Source: Gammaproteobacteria bacterium
GTDB taxonomy: Bacteria > Pseudomonadota > Gammaproteobacteria > GCA-001735895
DNA: 38,193 nucleotides
Reading direction: 5' to 3'
Assembly: GCA_050298595.1 (NCBI GenBank)
Contig: JBNKUM010000102.1
Coordinates: 1 to 38,193 of the forward strand
The notes beneath the pieces were generated by a model. The model was not told where the DNA came from and searched no databases. It worked only from the letters and a program-made list of their open reading frames with translations. This document shows positions 20,937-28,607 of this stretch, in pieces (position 1 is the first letter of the stretch; each line of letters starts with the position of its first letter). Both the position numbers and the translations under genes were made by a program.

Positions 20937-21464
20937 ATGAGAACAGAAACAGAAGCACCGATTGAAGATGCAGAAGAAGAGATTGAGCTGATCAGCAAAT
21001 CTCAGCTTAAGCGTGAGAGCCAGGCACTGCAGGACCTGGGCAAAAAGCTGTGTCACTTCAGTGTTGAGCAACTGGCCAGGATCCCACTTGATGACAAGAT
21101 GAAAGATGCCATTGCGCTTGCGCACAGGCTGGTGAATAAACGCAGCGCTCTCAAACGCCACTATCAATACATCGGGAAAATACTGCGTAATGTAGATGTA
21201 GAACCCATTTTCACGGCAGTGGAGGCGATAGAAAACAGGGACCAGCACAGCAAACAGCTATACAAGGAGCTGGAATACTGGCGCGAACGCATCCTCAATG
21301 AAGGCGATCCAGCGATTAATGAATGCTGCACCCAGCACCCAGAACTAGAACGCCAGCAGCTCAGGCAACTATGGCGAAATCACAAATCAGCCAAAGACGA
21401 TAAGAAGGCACAGATCGGTCGCCACTTATTTCGTGAGTTGCAGACCAGCATCGTGAATACCTGA
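20937..21464 (+). CDS. yjgA: Ribosome biogenesis factor YjgA (DarP)
   Basis: SKSQLKRESQALQDLG, KRHYQYIGKILR, LEYWRERI, ERQQLRQL; divergent from pmbA. Confidence 0.95.
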   Translation: MRTETEAPIEDAEEEIELISKSQLKRESQALQDLGKKLCHFSVEQLARIPLDDKMKDAIALAHRLVNKRSALKRHYQYIGKILRNVDVEPIFTAVEAIENRDQHSKQLYKELEYWRERILNEGDPAINECCTQHPELERQQLRQLWRNHKSAKDDKKAQIGRHLFRELQTSIVNT

Positions 21465-21494
21465 AATTTACAACCCCTACCTTTTTTAGAGAAC

Positions 21495-22316
21495 ATGGAG
21501 AAACTCATGAACAGGCAACTCATACTCATCCTCTGCACGCTGTCACTGTGTGGAACCACCCAGGCAGATACTCAGATAAAAGTCATGGATAAAGATGGAG
21601 AGAGCAGCACCATCACCAGCAATGGTAACCTCGCACGTCTCGACGATAGCAGTGAACCCGGATACGTGCTCATCGACACCAGACAGCAACAGTTAAAAAT
21701 GGTTGATCCGCAACGCCGACAGGTGATGGTAATGGACTTAAAGAACGTTAAAAAGACTATCCAGCCAGTCACTAATCAGGTTAAAGTAAGCCTCAATAAA
21801 ATCGGCAATGGGCCCAAAATTGCGGGCTATAGCACAGATAAATACACCCTGACAGCCAATGGCAAGCTATGCAACACGATCTTCAGTTCCAGGGCGGCGA
21901 TAAACATAAAAGGGATTGCTGAATTATTCGATGCCATGGACACTATGGAACAACAGTCCATCAATATGATGGGCGGATTCAGATCGATGATGGATGAATG
22001 TGACGAAGCCAATATGCAATCGACCAAGTTATTTAAGACAGCGGGTGCACCCTTAAGAACCCTCGATGCCGACGGTCAACTGGAAAGTGAAGTCGAGTCA
22101 ATCAACAACAACGCAAAAATCAACAAAACCTACTATCAGATACCCACCGGTTACCAGCAGGTAAGTATGCAACAACAAATAAATCAGGCACGTCAACAAA
22201 TGCAGCAGAACATGCCCGATATGAACCAGATTATGCAGCAGATGCAACAGGGTGGCATGTCACCAGAAGCCATGGAACAGATGAAAAAGATGCAGCAAAT
22301 GTTAAATCAGCAGTAA
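21495..22316 (+). CDS. Exported DUF4412-like protein with Gln/Met-rich tail
   Basis: Signal peptide; GNGPKIAGYSTDKY, YQIPTGYQ; C-terminal QQM repeats. The start may be 21507. Confidence 0.7.
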   Translation: MEKLMNRQLILILCTLSLCGTTQADTQIKVMDKDGESSTITSNGNLARLDDSSEPGYVLIDTRQQQLKMVDPQRRQVMVMDLKNVKKTIQPVTNQVKVSLNKIGNGPKIAGYSTDKYTLTANGKLCNTIFSSRAAINIKGIAELFDAMDTMEQQSINMMGGFRSMMDECDEANMQSTKLFKTAGAPLRTLDADGQLESEVESINNNAKINKTYYQIPTGYQQVSMQQQINQARQQMQQNMPDMNQIMQQMQQGGMSPEAMEQMKKMQQMLNQQ

Positions 22317-22339
22317 TTGAAAACTGTATTCATAAAAAC

Positions 22340-22367
22340 AAAAGGCCTCGACAAACGAGGCCTTTTT
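22340..22367 (+). terminator. Intrinsic terminator, probably bidirectional
   Basis: AAAAGGCCTCG-ACAAA-CGAGGCCTTTTT. Confidence 0.85.
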
Positions 22368-22402
22368 AATTCATAAACATTTTTCAACGGATCAATCAGA
22401 TA

Positions 22403-22678
22403 TCAACTTACCCAGAGATAATAAAGACCACTCAGCGCTAAAGCACACATAATAAATCCCGTAGTGTATTCCGCTAGCGCAGGATATTCTGGGTTATGAG
22501 ATCGCGGATCAGCTTTCCAGACTCCAACCAGAAAACAGTTCGATTTCCTTAAGGCGTTACAGGCATCTTTATTAGCTTTTTCTGTAATGCGCATCAAAAC
22601 ATACCTGATCAAATCACGAGTCAGTGCCTTTTTGCTAGTGGTAACTTTCATATGCAAAACCTGCATTAACGGCTCCAC
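22403..22678 (-). CDS. Small hypothetical membrane protein, possibly a remnant
   Basis: 91-aa ORF with a C-terminal hydrophobic helix. An in-frame ATG at 22729 is cut off by TAG at 22703-22705. Confidence 0.3.
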   Translation of the reverse strand: MEPLMQVLHMKVTTSKKALTRDLIRYVLMRITEKANKDACNALRKSNCFLVGVWKADPRSHNPEYPALAEYTTGFIMCALALSGLYYLWVS

Positions 22679-22781
22679 CCAAATACTAATGTATTCAGCG
22701 AGCTATATCACAACCAGGCCGATTTTCATTTCCGATTTTTCATCCAGTATGAAAAAGTGGCTCACAGGGGGCATCATCAAA

Positions 22782-23534
22782 TCAAAATAGAACAATCGCC
22801 TGCCATATCAGGCGCAAAGCAAGCAGGGTCAAAATCCAGTTTAAGATTGTATTGAAATGGTGATCCCGCATGCGTCTGAGCACCCTTAACCCCAGCCAGG
22901 TACCGAGTGCACCACCGGTGATCATCGCCAGTAATAATGGCATCCATGGGGTTAGATCAAAACCCGTGCCCGTAAACACAACGATCTTACAGATATGCTG
23001 CAGGCTCATCGCAGCCGCAAAGGTTGCCACAACCCGGAAACGATCAACGAAAACCTGCTTAAGAAAAGCCCCGATCAGTGGCCCGGTCGCGCCAACAAAC
23101 AGGGTCAGGAAGGTGGTCACCAATCCCACTGCAGCCGGGCCCCATTTACCCACCACCAGGCGTGGCAGCTTTGGCCCCCAGCAAAGGTAGAGAATAAATC
23201 CGGCGATACTCAGATACATGATCGCAACCGGTAACGAAACCAGCACATAACTACCTAACAGAGCACCGACAACAGCCCCCGGCAGGAATCCCATGATCAG
23301 CGAAACATCGATATGGCGAAAACTCATCGCTGCACGTCCCGCATTCGATCCAAGCTGCACCACCCCATGCAAGGGAATCACCAACTGTGGTGGCAGAATC
23401 TGCGCCATCACTCCCAATAACAGGACGCCTCCGCCAGCGCCAAGACTGGCCGTCAGTAGCGAGGTCAGAGTAGCGGTCAACACCAGGGCGATTGCAACCG
23501 AGGACGATAGCCCGTTCAGCAGTAAATCCAGCAT
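22782..23534 (-). CDS. TauE/SafE sulfite exporter family protein
   Basis: GAGGGVLL, IPLHGVVQLGSNAGR, FVGATGP; about 8 TM segments. Confidence 0.9.
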   Translation of the reverse strand: MLDLLLNGLSSSVAIALVLTATLTSLLTASLGAGGGVLLLGVMAQILPPQLVIPLHGVVQLGSNAGRAAMSFRHIDVSLIMGFLPGAVVGALLGSYVLVSLPVAIMYLSIAGFILYLCWGPKLPRLVVGKWGPAAVGLVTTFLTLFVGATGPLIGAFLKQVFVDRFRVVATFAAAMSLQHICKIVVFTGTGFDLTPWMPLLLAMITGGALGTWLGLRVLRRMRDHHFNTILNWILTLLALRLIWQAIVLF

Positions 23535-23688
23535 GTAAATCTCTATCAGAAAGTGCGACATTCTACTGGACAGATAAAACTAATCCGAGCCCGATATTAC
23601 GTCGATGCTCTCGAAGACAGCAGAAAAGCTAAGATCCAGGTTTGTAAATCTTCTAAATCGAGCTTAAAAAATAAAAATCTTCACTTTC

Positions 23689-23716
23689 TGTCAACCAAAC
23701 AGGGACCTGTGCGTTG
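23689..23716 (+). promoter_or_regulatory. Candidate ECF sigma promoter
   Basis: TGTCAACC (23689-23696) and CGTTG (23712-23716) give AAC-N16-CGT, the generic ECF promoter layout, 36 bp before the lipoprotein start. Confidence 0.55.
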
Positions 23717-23752
23717 TACCCGGCACATATCAATAAAACAGGAATCCTGAAC

Positions 23753-25576
23753 ATGAAAATAGGAAAACTCAATAACAGCCTTACCCGCTGGTTGTCTCCC
23801 TTTATTATTGCGCTTGCGTTGATCAGCGGTTGTTCGAGCTCGACCGATGAAGCGACAGCTGATACTCAAAGCCGTTTATATATTTCGCTGACCGATGCTG
23901 AAGGTGATTTCACTCAATACAAAGTCGATGTTACAGAACTGAAACTTTACCGTGCCGATGGTTCGATAATTGAAACCATGCCAGCAACGACCACACTGGA
24001 TTTTGCACAATACGTTGATGTCACTGAATTTTTAACCACCACTACCGTTCCATTAGGTAACTATAAACAGGTTGAAGTTACACTGGATTTTAGCAATGCC
24101 GAAATATCGGTAGAAAATGCAGATGGTAATTCGGTACCCGCGACGGCTGTTGATGAAAACAATGATCCGCTTGACGTCGTCACAGTAACCACAACCATTA
24201 ATGGTAATAGTGGGTTCACCATATCCCGAGGTAAGCCTTCCAGCCTGTCGATAGATTTTAATCTTGAAGCTTCAAACGAAGTGGTGATGGCTACTGATGG
24301 CAGCAGTGCAACAGTCACAGTCAACCCGGTTCTGGTTGCGGATACCGAGATGGATGATGAAAAAACTCGTCGCCTACGGGGTTTGCTCGATTCTGTTGAC
24401 GAAGCAGCCGCATCTTTTATTGTTGATATCAGACCTTTCCGCATTCGCCATAATACGCATGGAGAAATGACCGTATTAACCGATAGCAACACTGTTTACG
24501 AGATCGATGGAACCAGTTATGACGCTGTAACAGGGCTCAGTGCCTTAGCCCTGCTGGACACAAACACTCCAATCATCGTTCTTGGCAACTTCAATATGGC
24601 GCTTAAAACCTATACCGCTGTTGAAGTCTACGCTGGCACTAGCGTGCCCTGGGATTCACAGGATGTACTTAAAGGTAGTGTCATCGCCAGATCTGGCAAT
24701 ACACTTACTGTTTTAGGTGCCACGGTTGAACACGCTGATGGTCATTTTGTATTCAATGATGAAGTAACCGTTGAGATTGACGATACCACTGTGGTAACTC
24801 GCCAGGGCAGCGACAGTACGTTTAGCATCGCCGACCTGAGTGTTGGGCAAAGAGTGGTCATACTGGGTGATGTCAGCAGTGATAACACAACTATGGATGC
24901 CACTACCGATGGTCTGGTACGTATGCGTTATAGTGATATAGCGGGTTCAGTTGTCTCCGTGTCCCCACTGGAAGTGGATCTTCAAACCTATAACCAGCGT
25001 AATATCAGCCAGTTTGATTTTACAGGCACAGGTGTTGACGCTGCCAACGATGCTGACCCTGCGCAATATCAGGTTAACAGTGGCAGCTTAACTCTGGATG
25101 GCATCGCAATTAACGATCCCATCAAGCTACGTGGTTTCCCAACGCCATTCGGTACAGCACCAGAAGATTTTACCGCTACCACGCTGGCACTACTGGTTGA
25201 TGTACACAGTAAAATTATCGTCGATTATCCGGCTCAGGGTGTAGATGATGCGATTACTACACTGGATGAAAATGGCTTACTGTTGAACATCGACAGCGCT
25301 AATGAAACCCAGTATCTGGTTCAGGCAGGTATCTTTACCGAGCTGTCTTCACTCAGTAGCATTCCGTTAATCGTCCCGAATGATGGTGCTGCGCTATATG
25401 TTCTTCAGCAACATCGTCGGACACAGGTATATACCCAATGGCAGAACTTTCAGGATGCACTGAGTAGCGCACTGACCAACGGAGACAGAGTGAAATACAT
25501 ACACTGTGATGGTAAATACGATGCCGATGCAGCCACCCTGTTAACTCAACGTCTGGTGGTTCGTATTAAACAATGA
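23753..25576 (+). CDS. Large acidic lipoprotein with DUF4382-like N-terminal domain and repeated beta domains
   Basis: Lipobox ISGC, ISLTDAEGDF, IDFNLEASN; repeats such as LKGSVIARSGNTLTVLG and DLSVGQRV; rich in D/T. Confidence 0.75.
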   Translation: MKIGKLNNSLTRWLSPFIIALALISGCSSSTDEATADTQSRLYISLTDAEGDFTQYKVDVTELKLYRADGSIIETMPATTTLDFAQYVDVTEFLTTTTVPLGNYKQVEVTLDFSNAEISVENADGNSVPATAVDENNDPLDVVTVTTTINGNSGFTISRGKPSSLSIDFNLEASNEVVMATDGSSATVTVNPVLVADTEMDDEKTRRLRGLLDSVDEAAASFIVDIRPFRIRHNTHGEMTVLTDSNTVYEIDGTSYDAVTGLSALALLDTNTPIIVLGNFNMALKTYTAVEVYAGTSVPWDSQDVLKGSVIARSGNTLTVLGATVEHADGHFVFNDEVTVEIDDTTVVTRQGSDSTFSIADLSVGQRVVILGDVSSDNTTMDATTDGLVRMRYSDIAGSVVSVSPLEVDLQTYNQRNISQFDFTGTGVDAANDADPAQYQVNSGSLTLDGIAINDPIKLRGFPTPFGTAPEDFTATTLALLVDVHSKIIVDYPAQGVDDAITTLDENGLLLNIDSANETQYLVQAGIFTELSSLSSIPLIVPNDGAALYVLQQHRRTQVYTQWQNFQDALSSALTNGDRVKYIHCDGKYDADAATLLTQRLVVRIKQ

Positions 25577-25631
25577 TTGCAGAGGTTATCCACCTTGTTA
25601 CAATCCCCACATCATTTGATGAGGGGATTGT

Positions 25632-25868
25632 ATGCCCAGAACGTGGATATTTGCCTGCCTGTTATTTCAAGCACTTAACTCGGCCCAGGCTCAACAGTAT
25701 AACGAGGGCAGTAATGCGCCCCCGTTATCCCTTGATTTTCTGGAATTCCTTGCTGATTTTGGCTCAGTAGATGAAGACAGCTATGAAATTATCAAATATC
25801 ACGCAGAAAAGGATCTCGAAAAAAGCCAACCTGTATTAGAGGTCAGGAAGAATGCCGATGAAAATTAA
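25632..25868 (+). CDS. Small exported hypothetical protein
   Basis: Signal peptide (AQA), then PLSLDFLEFLADF; GAGG upstream; overlaps the next gene. Confidence 0.65.
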   Translation: MPRTWIFACLLFQALNSAQAQQYNEGSNAPPLSLDFLEFLADFGSVDEDSYEIIKYHAEKDLEKSQPVLEVRKNADEN

Positions 25869-26340
25869 ATTCACACTACTATTACTGACAGTCTTTACCA
25901 GTCTTTCCACCCAGGTCCAGGCTATTGAATGGCAGGAAATAGATGCCGATGTCCAGACCGTGCTAGCACCCTACCAGGATCAATGGGCGAATTTAAATCC
26001 TCAGAGACAACAAAAAATCATATCAGGTGCTGAACTTTGGCTGAGTATGGACAACACTCAGAAACAGCAAATGTCAGAGCGTTTCAAACAGTGGAACGCA
26101 ATGGATACAAATCAGAAAACTGCGATCAAGCAGCGCTTCAACAAATTCAATCAACTCAGTGATGACCAACGTCAGAAGGTTCGCACTAAATTTAAACAAT
26201 TCAAAAACCTGACACCTAAACAGCAACAGAAATTGAAAGCGCGCTGGAATAAGATGTCGCAGAAACAGCGCAGCAATGTGCTGAAAAAATTAAACAACTC
26301 GCGTCATAACCCGAATCCGCGAAAAAACAACCATAAATGA
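25852..26340 (+). CDS. DUF3106-family periplasmic protein
   Basis: Signal peptide; ~18-aa repeats (WANLNPQRQ, WLSMDNTQK, WNAMDTNQK, FNQLSDDQR, FKNLTPKQQ, WNKMSQKQR). Confidence 0.8.
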   Translation: MPMKIKFTLLLLTVFTSLSTQVQAIEWQEIDADVQTVLAPYQDQWANLNPQRQQKIISGAELWLSMDNTQKQQMSERFKQWNAMDTNQKTAIKQRFNKFNQLSDDQRQKVRTKFKQFKNLTPKQQQKLKARWNKMSQKQRSNVLKKLNNSRHNPNPRKNNHK

Positions 26341-27209
26341 ATAAAGTTATCATGCACCTGCTCTGCTCAAATATTCTAGTAGCAACAATGTCACCAACGC
26401 GGGTGCAGGCCGAAGACTGGATAGGACTGGAAGACGAGCCGGTAACACAACTGGGTTACAATTATTCTTTCGGTCAGGATGACAGCGATAGCCATCAGTT
26501 TAGTCTGTATCATGAACTCGATGCATCAACTGATCTGAATCTTCAATACAATCGCAACAACACGGTAACAGACACTCAGGACTTTGATTACGATGAGGTC
26601 ATGGGGCAGCTAAGTTGGCAGGCAGCGGAACATATCCGGCTAGGTTTTAGCTATCAATATCAGGGTAAAAACCAGGAACTTGAGATAGCCAATCTGGGTT
26701 TGATGGGTAGCTATACCCAATTTCCATTTACCTTCACTGCAGAATTTCGGGCAGGCAGTCTGAGTATTTTCACCAAGAATAATATTAGTGCCCCCCAGAT
26801 TCCCAAGCAGGTTGACTCCGACATGTGGAGCCAGCACTTTACCGTCAACTGGTTTTATCAGGATTACAGTTTTTACATGAATTACCAGCGCTTTGATTAT
26901 CAGAAAGACATCACAGCTCTGGACACAGAACCCGTATTACAGGCGGTGGTTAAACCCGGCGCACTAGCCAATACTGGCCTCCTGCTCGACACATCAACCT
27001 CCACTGGCGTCACGCTTTATCAGCAGCAACGTGAGCTGAGCTTTCTACTGGCAAGTACCCACTATGCAACCGATAACAGTCACACTAGCTCGCTGCAATT
27101 TGCCTGGCGCCAGATCATGTCGAACCTCAACATTATTTACACTGCAGGGATGACAGATGAAAGTCAGGACAACTTATCATTCGGTATAGGATTCGAATGG
27201 AATGTTTAG
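26337..27209 (+). CDS. Putative outer-membrane beta-barrel protein
   Basis: Signal peptide, alternating amphipathic strands rich in Y/F/W, C-terminal LSFGIGFEWNV. Confidence 0.65.
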   Translation: MNKVIMHLLCSNILVATMSPTRVQAEDWIGLEDEPVTQLGYNYSFGQDDSDSHQFSLYHELDASTDLNLQYNRNNTVTDTQDFDYDEVMGQLSWQAAEHIRLGFSYQYQGKNQELEIANLGLMGSYTQFPFTFTAEFRAGSLSIFTKNNISAPQIPKQVDSDMWSQHFTVNWFYQDYSFYMNYQRFDYQKDITALDTEPVLQAVVKPGALANTGLLLDTSTSTGVTLYQQQRELSFLLASTHYATDNSHTSSLQFAWRQIMSNLNIIYTAGMTDESQDNLSFGIGFEWNV

Positions 27210-27224
27210 CCGGAAACCCAGACG

Positions 27225-27770
27225 ATGGATGAAATCACTCGCCAGCAGCTTGATGACTTTCTGGCCCGATTTGAAAGCGAGGCCTATAAATTGTCCTTTG
27301 TAATCACACAGAATCGGGAAGATGCACTGGAAGTCGTGCAGGACAGCATGCTCAAGCTGGTACACAAATACAGCCATAAATCGGTGGATGAATGGCGCTT
27401 ACTGTTCTTTCGTATACTACAGAATCGTTTGCGTGATTATCAACGTCGTAAGCAGTTTCGCCAGTTATTCCATCTCCATCCAACGAAAGCGCAGCTGCAG
27501 GAAGATGAGGTCGAGCAATTCAAAGACCCCAATCCCGAATCTCCGGAAAGCAACCTGCACAGCGAAAATGCTTTGGATACCATTCAACAGGCACTGGGAC
27601 GGTTACCCCTACGTCAGCAACAGGTATTTTTGCTGAGGGCCTGGCAGGAGTTTTCAACCAAAGAAGCGGCCTTCGCCTTATCCATATCCGAAGGCAGTGT
27701 TAAAACCCATTACAAACGCGCCATCGATCAACTTCGCTCACAACTAGGAGAGCAATATGAAGCGCTCTGA
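27225..27770 (+). CDS. ECF RNA polymerase sigma-70 factor
   Basis: DALEVVQDSMLKL, FFRILQNR, LPLRQQQVFLLR, SEGSVKTHYKRA. Confidence 0.95.
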   Translation: MDEITRQQLDDFLARFESEAYKLSFVITQNREDALEVVQDSMLKLVHKYSHKSVDEWRLLFFRILQNRLRDYQRRKQFRQLFHLHPTKAQLQEDEVEQFKDPNPESPESNLHSENALDTIQQALGRLPLRQQQVFLLRAWQEFSTKEAAFALSISEGSVKTHYKRAIDQLRSQLGEQYEAL

Positions 27771-28095
27771 CCCACTTGTTCAAAAGATCAAACATACCCT
27801 GGACCAGCAAACACTGGATGCAGATACCACCCGACAACTGGCTCAGGCTCGCGCCAAAGCGTTACAACAAAACCAGTCATTCTGGCGCATGTCATATGCT
27901 ATCCCTGCGATGGTAATGGCCAGTCTGGTGGCTATTGTTGTCATAATCAATCAGCAACTACCCATTGAATCGCCAACTTATTCCCCAGACTCAATCGACA
28001 GCTTTGAACTCCTCAGCAGCACAGATGAACTGGAAATGATCGAAAATTTAGAGTTCTATGTCTGGCTGGATGAACAAGCGTTAGATCAGAGCTAG
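27757..28095 (+). CDS. Putative single-pass anti-sigma factor (DUF3619-like)
   Basis: QLAQARAKAL, one TM helix, C-terminal ENLEFYVWL; overlaps the sigma gene. Confidence 0.75.
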   Translation: MKRSDPLVQKIKHTLDQQTLDADTTRQLAQARAKALQQNQSFWRMSYAIPAMVMASLVAIVVIINQQLPIESPTYSPDSIDSFELLSSTDELEMIENLEFYVWLDEQALDQS

Positions 28096-28129
28096 TTATT
28101 GTTAAGCACCGTTAGTCGGAATTTCACAT

Positions 28130-28149
28130 ATATTAGAGCTTGCTAATAT
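28130..28149. promoter_or_regulatory. Perfect palindrome ATATTAG-N6-CTAATAT, candidate repressor site
   Basis: Read directly as ATATTAG AGCTTG CTAATAT. Confidence 0.4.
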
Positions 28150-28244
28150 TATATTTTTTTATCAAATCATAAGATTCATAACTTAAATAAATGGTGCTTT
28201 TTGCTGCCCACCAGCGCAAACCCTTTGCTGACGCGCCCTGCCAG

Positions 28245-28298
28245 TTATCTACATTTTATCCACAGCTTATGCAGGGGTTAACCACAGGTCGATCCACA
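28245..28298 (+). promoter_or_regulatory. Array of DnaA boxes upstream of nrdAB
   Basis: TTATCTACA 28245, TTATCCACA 28256 (perfect), TTATGCAGG 28267, TTAACCACA 28278, CGATCCACA 28290. Confidence 0.75.
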
Positions 28299-28341
28299 AC
28301 ATAATGTACTTGACCTTCATTCAAAACACATTATATTGTGC
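28294..28341 (+). promoter_or_regulatory. Tandem NrdR boxes overlapping a sigma-70 promoter
   Basis: CCACAACATAATGTAC (28294-28309) and ACACATTATATTGTGC (28326-28341), starts 32 bp apart, match acaCwAtATaTwGtg. TTGACC at 28310 and TATATT at 28332. Confidence 0.85.
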
Positions 28342-28607
28342 CTCAGTGAAATGCGAGCAAAAATCGCAGGAATTTTACCAGGTTATGCATATATACCAGA
28401 AACTGAACTTTTTAATGGTTTAGGCAGCATACCTTCGGATCATGAAGATCTCTGTAATTATCGGAACAAAGGCTCCGGACAGTGGATTAATCAACACTCA
28501 AAACCTCCAGTAGCTTCCCCCTGAATCGAGCAGCTGCTGGGCTATGAATGTGATTTCCAGTAATCAATCACCATTGAGCATTAAGAATATAAACGAGACG
28601 GGCACAC

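Noticed and set aside
28245-28298. DnaA-box cluster as oriC
   Set aside because: No dnaA, gidA or rpmH context and only one perfect box; the position at the nrdAB promoter with NrdR boxes explains it better.
28336-28524. 62-aa ORF or riboswitch in the nrdA leader
   Set aside because: TTG start inside the NrdR box and promoter with no RBS; no cobalamin-riboswitch consensus recognised.
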